64,000 bases of DNA, taken from the NCBI GenBank assembly GCA_029261925.1, contig JAJDAJ010000085.1:24463-88462 (forward strand). The letters run 5' to 3'. Origin of the DNA: Deltaproteobacteria bacterium (GTDB taxonomy: Bacteria; Myxococcota_A; UBA9160; SZUA-336). The notes below the pieces were generated by a model, which did not search any database, was not told where the DNA came from, and was given only the letters and a program-made list of their open reading frames with translations. The translations under genes were made by a program, and so were the position numbers. This document shows positions 47,273 through 59,834 of the stretch, in pieces. Each line of letters begins with the position of its first letter. The stretch's first letter is position 1.

Positions 47273-48052
47273 TCAGAACCCCCAGAGTGCGGTGATGAAG
47301 AAGTCGAAGATGATGGTTGCCACCGAGGCCTGGACCACGGCACTGGTCGTGGCGCGACTCACGCCGGCCGAGTTGGGCTCGGCAGTGTACCCGCGAAAGG
47401 TCGAGATGAGGCCGACGGTGAGGCCGAAGATGAACGCCTTGAGCAGCATACCCACAACGTCGACGTCGAAGCTGATGGCCTGCTCCAGCCGCGTCAGGTA
47501 GGCCCCCCCGTCCACGCCCAGCTGACCCACACCCACCAGGTACGCTCCGCCCAGGGAGCAGAGCACGAACAGGGTCGTGAGCAGCGGCATCACCAGGGTC
47601 AGCGCCACCGCCTTGGGCATGGCCACGAAGTGCACGGGATCGACCGACATCATGCGCAGGCCGTCGAGCTGCTGCGTCGCCACCATGGCCCCGATCTCGG
47701 CCGCCACGGCCGAGCCTGCGCGCCCGGTGACCAGCAGCGCGGTCAGCACGGGGCCGAGCTCCCTCACCAGGGAGAGTCCGACCGCGGTTCCCAGGGCTTC
47801 CTCGGCCCCGAAGCGGTTCAGCACCCAGAAGAGCTGCAGCCCCAGGACCAGGCCGACTGCGGCTCCCGATGAGCACACGATCGCCAGGGACAGCACGCCG
47901 GTCGAGTAGATCTCGTCGACCAGCCGGCGCAGGCGCAGCGGCGGGGACAGGGCGGCCAGCAGCAGGCGCGCGCCGAAGGTGGCGACGCGCCCGAACTCGG
48001 CCAGCGCTCCGGATCCGCCGGCCCCGATCGCGCGCAGAGCCGCGCTGCTCAA
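47273..48052 (-). CDS. mlaE: MlaE ABC-transporter permease
   Basis: 'LVRELGPVLTALLVTGRAGSAVAAEIGAM' is an MlaE signature. It overlaps mlaF by 4 nt. Confidence 0.9.
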   Translation of the reverse strand: MSSAALRAIGAGGSGALAEFGRVATFGARLLLAALSPPLRLRRLVDEIYSTGVLSLAIVCSSGAAVGLVLGLQLFWVLNRFGAEEALGTAVGLSLVRELGPVLTALLVTGRAGSAVAAEIGAMVATQQLDGLRMMSVDPVHFVAMPKAVALTLVMPLLTTLFVLCSLGGAYLVGVGQLGVDGGAYLTRLEQAISFDVDVVGMLLKAFIFGLTVGLISTFRGYTAEPNSAGVSRATTSAVVQASVATIIFDFFITALWGF

Positions 48053-48828
48053 GACGCGTCTCCGGGCAGCGGCTCGGGACTCGCGGCGCGCAGGAAGGCG
48101 CGGATGCGCGGGTCGATGCTCTCGCGGATCTCTCCGACGCTCCCGCAGACCGCGGTGCCGTCGATCAGGAAGACGATCCGGTCCGCCATGCGCATGGTCG
48201 AGCCGATGTGGTGATTGGTCAGGATCATGGTGATCCCGGTACGCTCGCTGGTCTCGACCAGGAGCGACTCGATCATCCGTACGGCGAGCGGGTCGAGGCC
48301 CGAGAACGGCTCATCGCAGAGCAGCAGGTCGGGCTCGGTGATCAGAGCGCGTGCGAGCGCAGCGCGCTTGACCATGCCACCCGAGAGCTGGCCCGGCAGC
48401 AGCTCGTCGACGCCCTTGAGCCCGACGGCGTCGAACTGTGCGTGCACGCGCTCGCGGATGGCGGGTTCCGGCAGCCGCGAGCGCTCGCGCAGCGGCAGCG
48501 CCACGTTCTCGAACACGGTCATCGAGTCGAGCAGGGCGCCGCCCTGGAACATCATGCCGATGCGATCCCGCACGCGGCGCGACTCGCGCTCGGACATGCG
48601 GGTGACTTCCTCGTCACCGATCAGCACGTCGCCGTAGTCCGGGCGCAGCAGCGTGCACAGGACGCGGAGCAGGGTGCTCTTGCCCCCGCCGCTGGCGCCG
48701 AGCACGCACGTGATCCGTCCCGCCGGGAAGTGGCAGGTCAGGCCGTCGAAGATGCGCCGCTGGCCGAAGGCCAGGCGCACGCCCACGACGTCCACGTGCG
48801 CGGACTCGAGGTCCTGCGGCTGGTCCAA
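48049..48828 (-). CDS. mlaF: MlaF ABC-transporter ATPase
   Basis: TTG 48828 has GGGGGAG 5 nt upstream. Walker A 'GASGGGKST', signature 'LSGGM', Walker B 'LLLCDEP'. Confidence 0.9.
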   Translation of the reverse strand: MDQPQDLESAHVDVVGVRLAFGQRRIFDGLTCHFPAGRITCVLGASGGGKSTLLRVLCTLLRPDYGDVLIGDEEVTRMSERESRRVRDRIGMMFQGGALLDSMTVFENVALPLRERSRLPEPAIRERVHAQFDAVGLKGVDELLPGQLSGGMVKRAALARALITEPDLLLCDEPFSGLDPLAVRMIESLLVETSERTGITMILTNHHIGSTMRMADRIVFLIDGTAVCGSVGEIRESIDPRIRAFLRAASPEPLPGDAS

Positions 48829-48996
48829 TCGCTCCCCCGAGGGGTTGCACCCCTGCCTGCCTTATCGCCAAGGTAACCCGAAAGGTCAAACGCAGCGGCG
48901 TACGTTCCCGGTTCCTGCGCGGGGATGGACCCGCGGCGCTGCGCCGCGCCCGCGGGGTCGTGCACGCCCGTGGCGTGGCCGGGTACGGGAGGGGAC

Positions 48997-49497
48997 ATGT
49001 CGAGTCGGGAGCGGAAGCTGGCGGTCTGCTTCGTCTGTCTGGGAAACATCTGTCGCTCTCCGACCGCCGAGGTCATCCTGTGCCAGCTCGCCCGCGATGC
49101 GGGTCTCGACGATCGCATCGAGATCGACAGCGCGGGCACGTCGGACTGGAACTCGGGCGGCCCGCCCGACGCCCGCTCCGCCGCGGAGGCAGCACGCCGC
49201 GGCCTGCAGATGCGCGGCATTGCCCGGCCGTTCCTTGCGGCGGATCTCGAGCGCTTCGACTACGTGCTGGCGATGGACCGCCAGAACCTGCACGACCTGC
49301 GGGCGCTGGCGCGGGGCGGGCACTCCCGTGCACGCGTCTCGCTGCTGCGGGACTTCGATCCGGCGAGCGCGCCGGGCAGCGACGTCCCCGATCCCTACAG
49401 CGGCCCGGGCGACGGGTTCGCGCGGGTCTTCGACCTCTGCCATGCCGCCTGCGTCGGGCTGCTGGCCGAGCTCGAGTCGCGGCTCGCGCCCCGCTGA
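48997..49497 (+). CDS. low-molecular-weight protein tyrosine phosphatase
   Basis: ATG 48997 has GGGAGGGG upstream. P-loop 'VCLGNICRSP' and D-loop 'VPDPYSG'. Confidence 0.9.
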   Translation: MSSRERKLAVCFVCLGNICRSPTAEVILCQLARDAGLDDRIEIDSAGTSDWNSGGPPDARSAAEAARRGLQMRGIARPFLAADLERFDYVLAMDRQNLHDLRALARGGHSRARVSLLRDFDPASAPGSDVPDPYSGPGDGFARVFDLCHAACVGLLAELESRLAPR

Positions 49498-49507
49498 GTG
49501 GAGCCTG

Positions 49508-50293
49508 CTAGCAGTAGTCCGCCGGGCAGACTCCGGGGTCCAGCTGGACGGCCTGCGCGGTCAGGTCCGCGTGGTGGGCGAGCACGCGACCCGCGTAGCG
49601 GCCACGCGGCTCGACCCCGCGGCGCAGCATGCGGCGCAGGCGATAGGGCCCCATGTTGTAGGCGGCCAGGGCCAGCTCGACGTCGTCGAACATGCCGATC
49701 ATCTCCGCCAGGTAGGTGATGCCGAGCTCGACGTTCCGCGCGGGATCGAGCAGGGTCTCGGGCCCGTCCCAGGCCCGGCCCGTGCGCGCGGCGATGTCGC
49801 GGCCCACGAAGGGGCGCACCTGCATCAGCCCGAGCGAGCCGCGGGGGCCGCGGGCGCGGGGGTCGAAACGGCTCTCCTGAGCCATGACGGCCAGGACCAG
49901 CAGCGGCTCGAGGCCGAGCTCTCGCTCCGCACGCAGCAGCTGGTCGGCGATTGCCGCGCGGGCCGCGGTGTCCAGCGCCCGGGCACGCTCGGCGAGCAGC
50001 GCCTCGATCCAGGCGCCCGGCGCGGGCTCCCCGGCGGGCGCGGCTGTCCCCGCCGCGATCTCGACCCCGGGCGCATCCCGGCCGTCGACGGCCCGCGCCC
50101 CGGTCGCGAGGGCGACCGCCGGCGCCGGGAGCTCGGGCTCGCTCGCGTGCACGGCTGTGCTGCGATGCACGAGGCCGAGTCGCCCGCTGCTCGCGACGTC
50201 GCCCGTCCCGAGCAGCGGCGTGTTGCACGCCGAGAAAGCGCAGGCCGCAGCGACCAGGGTCAGCAGCCAGTGCTGCCGTGCTGCCTTGCTCAA
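49508..50293 (-). CDS. lytic transglycosylase (SLT domain) lipoprotein
   Basis: TTG 50293 has GGGAGGGG 6 nt upstream. Lipobox-like 'LVAAAC'. SLT motifs: 'VMAQESRFDPRA...GLMQV' and 'AAYNMGP'. Confidence 0.8.
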   Translation of the reverse strand: MSKAARQHWLLTLVAAACAFSACNTPLLGTGDVASSGRLGLVHRSTAVHASEPELPAPAVALATGARAVDGRDAPGVEIAAGTAAPAGEPAPGAWIEALLAERARALDTAARAAIADQLLRAERELGLEPLLVLAVMAQESRFDPRARGPRGSLGLMQVRPFVGRDIAARTGRAWDGPETLLDPARNVELGITYLAEMIGMFDDVELALAAYNMGPYRLRRMLRRGVEPRGRYAGRVLAHHADLTAQAVQLDPGVCPADYC

Positions 50294-50431
50294 CCGGAGC
50301 CCCTCCCGAAGTCGTTTCGTACCTATCAGCTTTTCGGCAGGATCGCCGGGTCCTGAACGTTGCGGAATCACCACGACATACGATGTCACCGGCGCCCGTA
50401 TGTGATGCGGGTCACGAGCGACGCGAGCGGA

Positions 50432-53359
<2,928 letters not shown>

Positions 53360-53397
53360 GGGTGCGGGGGGCTCCGGCGTCCGGCATCCTGCGCTCG

Positions 53398-54300
53398 ATG
53401 GTCGCCGAGCGGATTCCCGTGCTGATCGTCTCGGGCTTCCTCGGCTCGGGCAAGACCACGCTGGTGCGCTGGCTGCTCGAGGACGCGGCCTCCAGGGGCG
53501 AGCGCATCGCCGTGGTCTCCAACGAGTTCGGCGAGCTGGGCATCGACCGGGCGCTGCTGGGCGAGGGCGGCGAGGCCTTCGTGGAGCTCGAGGGCGGCTG
53601 CGTCTGTTGCCAGCTCGGGGACGACCTGCTCGAGACCCTGCAGACGCTCCGCGAGCGGGTGCGCCCGGCCCGCGTGATCATCGAGACCTCGGGTGTGGCG
53701 CTGCCCTACGACGTGCAGCTGAACCTGTACCGGGATCCCGTTCGAAGCTGGGTCGGCGACGACGTGACCGCGGTCGTGGTCAATGCCGAGCAGCTCGCCT
53801 CCGGGCGCGATCTGGGCGGCACCTTCACCGACCAGGTGACCTCGGCCGATCTGCTGCTGCTCAACAAGCTCGACCTGGTCGATGCCGCCGCCGTCGCCCC
53901 GCTCGAGGCGAGGCTGCGGGAGCTGGAGCCTGATGCGCCCGTGCTGCGCTCCGTGCAGGGGCGCGTGGATCCGCGCGTGCTCTTCGCGCCCGCGCCCGGT
54001 CCGCGCGCGGAGTGCGATCCCGGTGCCCCGCATCCACACTCGCACGAGGCGTTCGAGACCGAGGAGCTCAGCGTCGGCGAGGTCGTGGAGGCCGATGCGC
54101 TGCGCGAGCGCCTGCGTGCCCTGGGGGCCCTGCGCGTGAAGGGATTCGTTCGCACCCCCGACGGCGTGCGGCTGGTGCAGGGCGTGGGGCCGCGCATCGA
54201 GCTGGAGGCGCCGCCGGCCGAGGTCGACGACGCGCTGGTGGGCCGCCTGGTGGTCATCCGCCGGCCCGCGGATGCCGCGGTGGGCAGCGATGGCGGCTGA
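53398..54300 (+). CDS. COG0523/CobW-family GTPase metallochaperone
   Basis: ATG 53398. Motifs: 'SGFLGSGKTT', 'GGCVCCQL' (CxCC) and 'LLLLNKLD', plus a His-containing stretch 'APHPHSHE'. Confidence 0.85.
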   Translation: MVAERIPVLIVSGFLGSGKTTLVRWLLEDAASRGERIAVVSNEFGELGIDRALLGEGGEAFVELEGGCVCCQLGDDLLETLQTLRERVRPARVIIETSGVALPYDVQLNLYRDPVRSWVGDDVTAVVVNAEQLASGRDLGGTFTDQVTSADLLLLNKLDLVDAAAVAPLEARLRELEPDAPVLRSVQGRVDPRVLFAPAPGPRAECDPGAPHPHSHEAFETEELSVGEVVEADALRERLRALGALRVKGFVRTPDGVRLVQGVGPRIELEAPPAEVDDALVGRLVVIRRPADAAVGSDGG

Positions 54301-56845
54301 CGCGGCCGCCGCCGAGAGCTTCATCCTGGGGGATCGCGTCACCGGGATCGGCCGGCTCGACGCCGACGAGATCCTCGATCGCTTCCTCGGCTGGCTCTCC
54401 GAGCGCGACATCGAGCCCTATCCCGCGCAGGAGGAGGCCTTCCTGGAGCTCATGGCCGATCGCCACGTGGTCCTGAGCACGCCGACGGGATCGGGCAAGT
54501 CACTGGTGGCGGTGCTGCTGCACTTCAAGGCGATCTGCGAGGGGCGGCGGTCGTTCTACACGGCGCCCACCAAGGCGCTGGTCAGCGAGAAGTTCTTCGC
54601 GCTCTGCGAGGACTTCGGCGCCGAGAGCGTCGGCATGCTCACGGGAGACGCGTCGATCAACGCCGACGCCCCGATCGTCTGTGCGACGGCCGAGGTGCTG
54701 TCCAGCATCGCGCTGCGCCGCGGCGCGGACGCCGGCATCGACTACGTCGTCATGGACGAGTTCCATTACTACGGCGACCGTGACCGCGGCGTCGCCTGGC
54801 AGGCGCCGCTGCTGGTGCTCCCGCGGACGTGCTTCCTGCTGATGTCCGCCACCCTGGGCGACGTGACCGCGATCATGGAGGACCTGCAGCAGCGCAGCGG
54901 GCGTGAGGTGGCCTGGGTGCACTCCGAGCAGCGTCCGGTGCCGCTGGACTTCTCGTACGTCGAGACGCCCCTGCACCAGACCGTCGAGGCGCTGCTGGCC
55001 GACGGCCTCGCACCGGTGTACGTGGTCAGCTTCACGCAGCGCGAGGCCGCGGAGCTCGCTCAGGCGCTGACCAGCGCGAAGATCTCGGATCGCGCGCAGC
55101 GTGACCGCGTACGCGCCGCGATCGGTGACTTCCGCTTCGACACGCCCTACGGGCGCGATATGCGCCGCTTCCTCGGCTTCGGCATCGGCGTGCACCACGC
55201 GGGGCTGCTGCCGAAGTACCGCCTGCTGGTCGAGCAGCTCTCGCAGCAGGGTCTGCTGCGGGTGATCTCGGGAACCGACACCCTCGGCGTGGGCGTCAAC
55301 ATCCCGATCCGCACGGTGCTCTTCACGCGCCTGGCCAAGTTCGACGGGCGCAAGGTCGGCCTGCTCGGCGTGCGTGAGTTCAAGCAGATCGCCGGTCGCG
55401 CCGGTCGCAAGGGCTTCGACGATCGCGGTAGCGTGGTCTGCCAGGCTCCCCCGCAGGTGATCGAGGCGGCCCGCGCACGGCGCAAGCAGGCCAGCACGGG
55501 AGGCAAGAAGCGGGGCCCCGTGCGGCCGCCGCGCCGCGGCGAGGTCAGCTGGAACCGCCAGACCTTCGAGCGGCTGATCGAGCAGGTACCCGAGCCGCTG
55601 AGCTCGCGCTTCCGCATCGGCCACGACGTGGCCGTCAGCGTGCTGCGAGGTGCGCTCGAGCGGGGCCACCCGCGGCCCTACGCGGCGCTGATCGGGCTGA
55701 TCGATGCCAGCCACGAGCCGCCACGAAGGCGGCGTGCGCTGCGGCGCCAGGCCGCCGTGGTGCTGCGCTCGCTGCGCGCGGGCGGGATCGTCGAGCTCGA
55801 GTCCTCAGCGGGGCACCCGGGGCGGTGGCTGCGAATGGACCCGGAGCTGCAGTGGAACTTCTCCCCGCTGCACAACCTCTCGCTGTACCTGGTCGATGCC
55901 GTGGCGTGTCTGGATCGCGAAGACGAGCGCTATGCGCTCGACGTGCTGGCGCTCGTCGAGGCGATCCTCGACGACCCCAGGGCGATCCTCTTCGCGCAGA
56001 CGGACCGCATCCGCCGCGATCTCCTCGCCCAGCTCAAGGCGGAGGGCGTGCCCTACGAGGACCGCGTGCGCCTGCTCGAGGAGGTCTCCCATCCGCGACC
56101 GGAGGCGCCGTTCATCGAGGAGACGTTCGAGATCTTCCGCAGTGCGCACCCGTGGGTGAGCTCCGACGACGTACGGACCAAGGCGATCGCGTGCGAGATG
56201 TTCGAGACTTACTCGAGCTTCGACGACTACGTGCGCAGCTACGACCTGCAGCGCATGGAGGGTCTGCTGCTGCGCTACCTGGGCCAGGTCTACAGCACGC
56301 TCGTGCAGAGCGTTCCCGACGCGGCCCGGACCGATGCCGTGTACGAGATGCAGGGCTTCTTCCGCGCCCTGATCGAGCGCGTCGATGCGAGCCTGGTGCG
56401 GGAGTGGGAGAGCCGGATGGCCGGAGGTCCCGCCGCCGACCAGGGCCCGACGGAGCCCGCGTACGACCTGGCGCGCGACGAGCGCGCGCTGCGCGGCCGG
56501 ATCCGCGCCGAGCTCCACGCGCTGGTGCGGGCGCTCTCGCGCGGCGACTACGCGGCGGCGGCGGCGGGACTGCGCGAGGATCCGGACGACCCGTGGGACG
56601 CGGCGCGCATCGAGGACGCGCTGGCCGGCTACTGGGAGGACCACACCGAGCTGCGCTTCGATCATCGCGCGCGGCACGCGGAGTTCACCCTCATCGAGCG
56701 GGTCGAGGCGCGGCGCTGGAAGGTCACCCAGCGCCTGCTCGATCCCGGCGAGGAGGCGATCTGGTACCTCGAGGGAGAGGTCGATCTGCGCACGGAGACC
56801 GCCCCCGAGGGCACGATCGTGCGCCTGCGGCGGATCGATCGCTAG
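54272..56845 (+). CDS. Ski2-like DEAD/DEAH-box helicase with DUF3516-type C-terminal region
   Basis: The start is ATG 54272 or 54290; either overlaps the COG0523 gene's 3' end. Motifs: 'STPTGSGKS', 'VMDEFHYY', 'MSATL' and 'QIAGRAGRKG'. Confidence 0.85.
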   Translation: MPRWAAMAADAAAAESFILGDRVTGIGRLDADEILDRFLGWLSERDIEPYPAQEEAFLELMADRHVVLSTPTGSGKSLVAVLLHFKAICEGRRSFYTAPTKALVSEKFFALCEDFGAESVGMLTGDASINADAPIVCATAEVLSSIALRRGADAGIDYVVMDEFHYYGDRDRGVAWQAPLLVLPRTCFLLMSATLGDVTAIMEDLQQRSGREVAWVHSEQRPVPLDFSYVETPLHQTVEALLADGLAPVYVVSFTQREAAELAQALTSAKISDRAQRDRVRAAIGDFRFDTPYGRDMRRFLGFGIGVHHAGLLPKYRLLVEQLSQQGLLRVISGTDTLGVGVNIPIRTVLFTRLAKFDGRKVGLLGVREFKQIAGRAGRKGFDDRGSVVCQAPPQVIEAARARRKQASTGGKKRGPVRPPRRGEVSWNRQTFERLIEQVPEPLSSRFRIGHDVAVSVLRGALERGHPRPYAALIGLIDASHEPPRRRRALRRQAAVVLRSLRAGGIVELESSAGHPGRWLRMDPELQWNFSPLHNLSLYLVDAVACLDREDERYALDVLALVEAILDDPRAILFAQTDRIRRDLLAQLKAEGVPYEDRVRLLEEVSHPRPEAPFIEETFEIFRSAHPWVSSDDVRTKAIACEMFETYSSFDDYVRSYDLQRMEGLLLRYLGQVYSTLVQSVPDAARTDAVYEMQGFFRALIERVDASLVREWESRMAGGPAADQGPTEPAYDLARDERALRGRIRAELHALVRALSRGDYAAAAAGLREDPDDPWDAARIEDALAGYWEDHTELRFDHRARHAEFTLIERVEARRWKVTQRLLDPGEEAIWYLEGEVDLRTETAPEGTIVRLRRIDR

Positions 56846-56858
56846 CTAGGGGTCTTGG

Positions 56859-57272
56859 CTACTCGTGGCTGACCACGTGTGTGGTCGGCAGGCCCGACGC
56901 GCGCTCGATACGATGGGGCAGATCCATTCCGAGCCACTCGGAGATGCCCTGCGGCAGCGTCGAGACGATGATCTCGTCGAAGGTGTTCTGGAGCATCACG
57001 TCGCGCACCGCGGCCATCGGGTGGAAGTCACCGACGACGCCCTCCACGCTGGCCCCGATCTTTGCCAGGCGCTCGCAGGCCGTCGCCAGCCGCGTCCGCG
57101 CTCCCGCGCGCACCTCTTCCTCGTCCCAGGTCAGGCTGGTGGACGGCGGCGTCGCGGGTGCCAGCAGGACGAACTCGACCGGGCCCGCCTTCATCCTCTT
57201 CTCGACCTCTTCCACGAGGTGGGTACCTCCGGCGGTCTGGTTGGCAACGATCAGGATTCGCTTGGTCGTCAT
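56859..57272 (-). CDS. USP-like (adenine-nucleotide alpha-hydrolase fold) hypothetical protein
   Basis: ATG 57272 has AAGGAG 7 nt upstream. Motifs: 'RILIVANQTAGG' and 'DEIIVSTLP'. Confidence 0.6.
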   Translation of the reverse strand: MTTKRILIVANQTAGGTHLVEEVEKRMKAGPVEFVLLAPATPPSTSLTWDEEEVRAGARTRLATACERLAKIGASVEGVVGDFHPMAAVRDVMLQNTFDEIIVSTLPQGISEWLGMDLPHRIERASGLPTTHVVSHE

Positions 57273-57644
57273 TCACGGGCTCCTTCATGAAGAGGTCGGG
57301 TCGGCGGCCCCGGTGATGCTCACCAGGGGGTCCACCCGGTCGGGGCAGCCGGCTGCGCGAGGCACGATCGACCCTCCCATGCGTCCGGCCCGGACCGGGT
57401 CGCGGCCGGGACCCGGGCACCTCCACAGGTTCCACTGCCGGAGCCCGTTCCGCAAGCGACGCGGAGCCTCGAGCGGGGGGCCGCGCCATACACGGGCCGG
57501 TCCCGCAGCGAGATGCGCGCGCGTCCTCGCGGGGTTCCCGCGGAGGCTGCGGCCGGCCTGCCGGGGCTGCCGGGCCGAGCGAGGCCTCGGCGGCGCCGCG
57601 CCCGCCGGGCGACCCGGAGCTGCACGGCGGCGCCGGACGGGGCG

Positions 57645-59165
57645 TTACATTCGCTCGAGCCAGCCGGGGTCGATGCGTCGCTTGACCGTGCGCCGGTCGA
57701 TACCGAGCCGGCGCGCCGTCTCCTCGTAGCTGCGCGTGCGCGCGTACACGAGCGTGGCGTAGCGGCGCAGGACCTCGTCGGCCGTGAGCTCGCCGCGCTC
57801 GACACCGGCCCAGGCATCTGCGTCCGGCGCGCCGGCGCGGGGACGGTAGCTGCCGTGGACCAGCACGTTGCGGACGCACTGCTCCAGCTCGCGGAAGTTT
57901 CCGGGCCACGCGTAGTCGAGGCCGGGCGACATCTCGATCTGCGCCACGACCTCCCGCGCCAGGGCGGGCGCCTCGTCGGCACCGACCAGGCGCGCAGCCG
58001 CGAGCTGGACCAGGCCGGGCAGCTCGTCGGGCGCGTCCGCGACCTGCTCTGCCAGGCTCGGGGTGGTGATCAGGTCGGAGCAGAGGCGGTAGTAGAAGTC
58101 CTCACGAAAGCGCCCCGCCTCGATCTCTCGCGCCAGGTCGCGATGCGTGGCGGCGACGACCTTGCCCTCGAAGGCGCGCGGCTCGGTCTCGCCCAGGCGC
58201 TGGAAGCGCCGTTCCTGCAGCACGCGCAGCAGCTTGACCTGGATCGCCGGGTCGAGCTCGCCGATCTCGTCGAGGAAGATCGTGCCGGCGCTCCCGCAGG
58301 TCTCGAGGTAGCCGGCGCGGTCATCGAGCGCGCCGGTGAAGGCCCCGCGCCGGTGCCCGAAGAGCTCGGACTCGATCAGCGTCGGCGAGAGCGCGCTGAG
58401 GTTGACCGGGCGAAAGGCGTCGGCTAGCTCGCCGTCGAAGCTGCCGCGATCGGCGTCGTAGGGCACGAAGCGCGCGAGCGCGATCGCCTGCGCGACGAGC
58501 TCCTTGCCGGTACCGCTCGGGCCGGTGATCAGCGTGGTGAGCTGACCCATGCGATCGTACAGCGCCCGCCGGTAGCGGCGCACGTCGTGGGTGAAGATCG
58601 ACTGCCAGACCGCTGCGCGCAGCCGGGCCGCGGGCATCGAGGCGCCGAGGATGTGCCGGAAGATCAGGTGGAACGCGCGCCGCAGCTGGAAGAAGCAGGC
58701 GAACAGGTGCGAGAGCTCGGGGCCCGGGTCCGCGTCCGCCCCCGGCTCGAGGAGCGCGCGCCCGTCGGCCACGAAGCGGTCGTGCAGGGCGCGGCAGCCG
58801 CGCAGCGGCTCGCCCGCGAGCGACGCGCGCGTGAGCTCCCAGAAGCCGTCGATGTGCCGGAAGTAGAGCGCGTAGTGGACCAGGTCCGCGTGCAGCGCGC
58901 GCTCGCGGCCGTCGGGCCGCGCACCGCGGCGCCGCGCCAGGGCGTCGAGCACGACCTCGGCCTTCTCGAGCAGCAGCGGGTTGTTCGGGTCCTCGTCCTC
59001 GTCGCCCTCGCCGGTCACCGGCGACCACACCTCGTAGGTCTTCACGAAGGCCGGGCCCAGGGCCCGGCGCGTGTGCTCGACGCGCTCGGGCAGGAACGGG
59101 TTGCAGTAGGACAGCTCCGCGATCGCCGCGGCGAACTCGCGCTCCCCGGCGGTCATCCAGCTCAT
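57645..59165 (-). CDS. sigma54-dependent transcriptional activator with uncharacterised N-terminal domain
   Basis: ATG 59165 overlaps the nth stop (ATGA). AAA+ motifs: 'GPSGTGKE', 'ESELFGHRRGAFTGA' (GAFTGA) and 'FLDEIG'. The Fis-type HTH is 'SYEETARRLGIDRRTVKRRI'. Confidence 0.85.
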   Translation of the reverse strand: MSWMTAGEREFAAAIAELSYCNPFLPERVEHTRRALGPAFVKTYEVWSPVTGEGDEDEDPNNPLLLEKAEVVLDALARRRGARPDGRERALHADLVHYALYFRHIDGFWELTRASLAGEPLRGCRALHDRFVADGRALLEPGADADPGPELSHLFACFFQLRRAFHLIFRHILGASMPAARLRAAVWQSIFTHDVRRYRRALYDRMGQLTTLITGPSGTGKELVAQAIALARFVPYDADRGSFDGELADAFRPVNLSALSPTLIESELFGHRRGAFTGALDDRAGYLETCGSAGTIFLDEIGELDPAIQVKLLRVLQERRFQRLGETEPRAFEGKVVAATHRDLAREIEAGRFREDFYYRLCSDLITTPSLAEQVADAPDELPGLVQLAAARLVGADEAPALAREVVAQIEMSPGLDYAWPGNFRELEQCVRNVLVHGSYRPRAGAPDADAWAGVERGELTADEVLRRYATLVYARTRSYEETARRLGIDRRTVKRRIDPGWLERM

Positions 59166-59830
59166 CGCGTCCTGCGGCCGCCGCGCGCGGCCTCCTCGCG
59201 GATGCGCTTGCGCGTCGCGGCCCAGCCGCAGATCGGGCAGCGGGCCAGATCGTGGCCCCGCGCCGGGCAGTAGCGCCGGCCGAACCAGATGATCTGCAGG
59301 TGCAGCCGGTTCCAGGACTCCCGCGGGAACAGGCGCCGGAGATCGCGCTCGGTCTGCTCGACGCTGCGGCCGCTCGAAAGTCCCCAGCGCGCCGCCAGCC
59401 GGTGAATGTGCGTGTCGACCGGGAAGGCGGGCTCCCCGAAGGCCTGCGCGACCACGACGCTGGCGGTCTTGTGGCCCACGCCGGGCAGGGCCTCGAGTGC
59501 GACCAGCTCCCGCGGCACCCGTCCGCCGTGCTCGCGCACCAGGATCTCCGAGAGCGCGCGGATGTTCCGGGCCTTCTGCGGCGCCAGGCCGCAGGAGCGG
59601 ATCAGCGAGTGGATGCGGCGCTCGGGCAGGCGCGCCATCGCGTCCGGCGTGCTCGCGGCGGCGAACAGGCCCGGGGTGACCTGGTTCACGCGCTCGTCGG
59701 TGCACTGGGCGGAGAGCAGGACCGCGATCAGCAGCGTGAACGGATCGGAGTGCGCCAGCGGGACCTCGGCGTCGGGAATCAGCTCGTCGAGGATCTTCTG
59801 GATGCGCTCGGCCTTCTCGGCGCGCGTCAT
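59162..59830 (-). CDS. nth: endonuclease III
   Basis: Motifs: 'LLSAQCTDERVN', the HhH 'LPGVGHKTASVV' and 'VDTHIHR', plus a C-terminal Cys cluster. Confidence 0.9.
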   Translation of the reverse strand: MTRAEKAERIQKILDELIPDAEVPLAHSDPFTLLIAVLLSAQCTDERVNQVTPGLFAAASTPDAMARLPERRIHSLIRSCGLAPQKARNIRALSEILVREHGGRVPRELVALEALPGVGHKTASVVVAQAFGEPAFPVDTHIHRLAARWGLSSGRSVEQTERDLRRLFPRESWNRLHLQIIWFGRRYCPARGHDLARCPICGWAATRKRIREEAARGGRRTR

Positions 59831-59834
59831 GCGC

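Noticed and set aside
57273-57644. Small ORFs in the 372-bp gap upstream of the USP-like gene (parts of track ORFs 57028-57909 and 57320-57982).
   Set aside because: Their translations are Arg/Gly/Pro-rich. They continue out of frame into flanking real genes, and they lack SD sequences.
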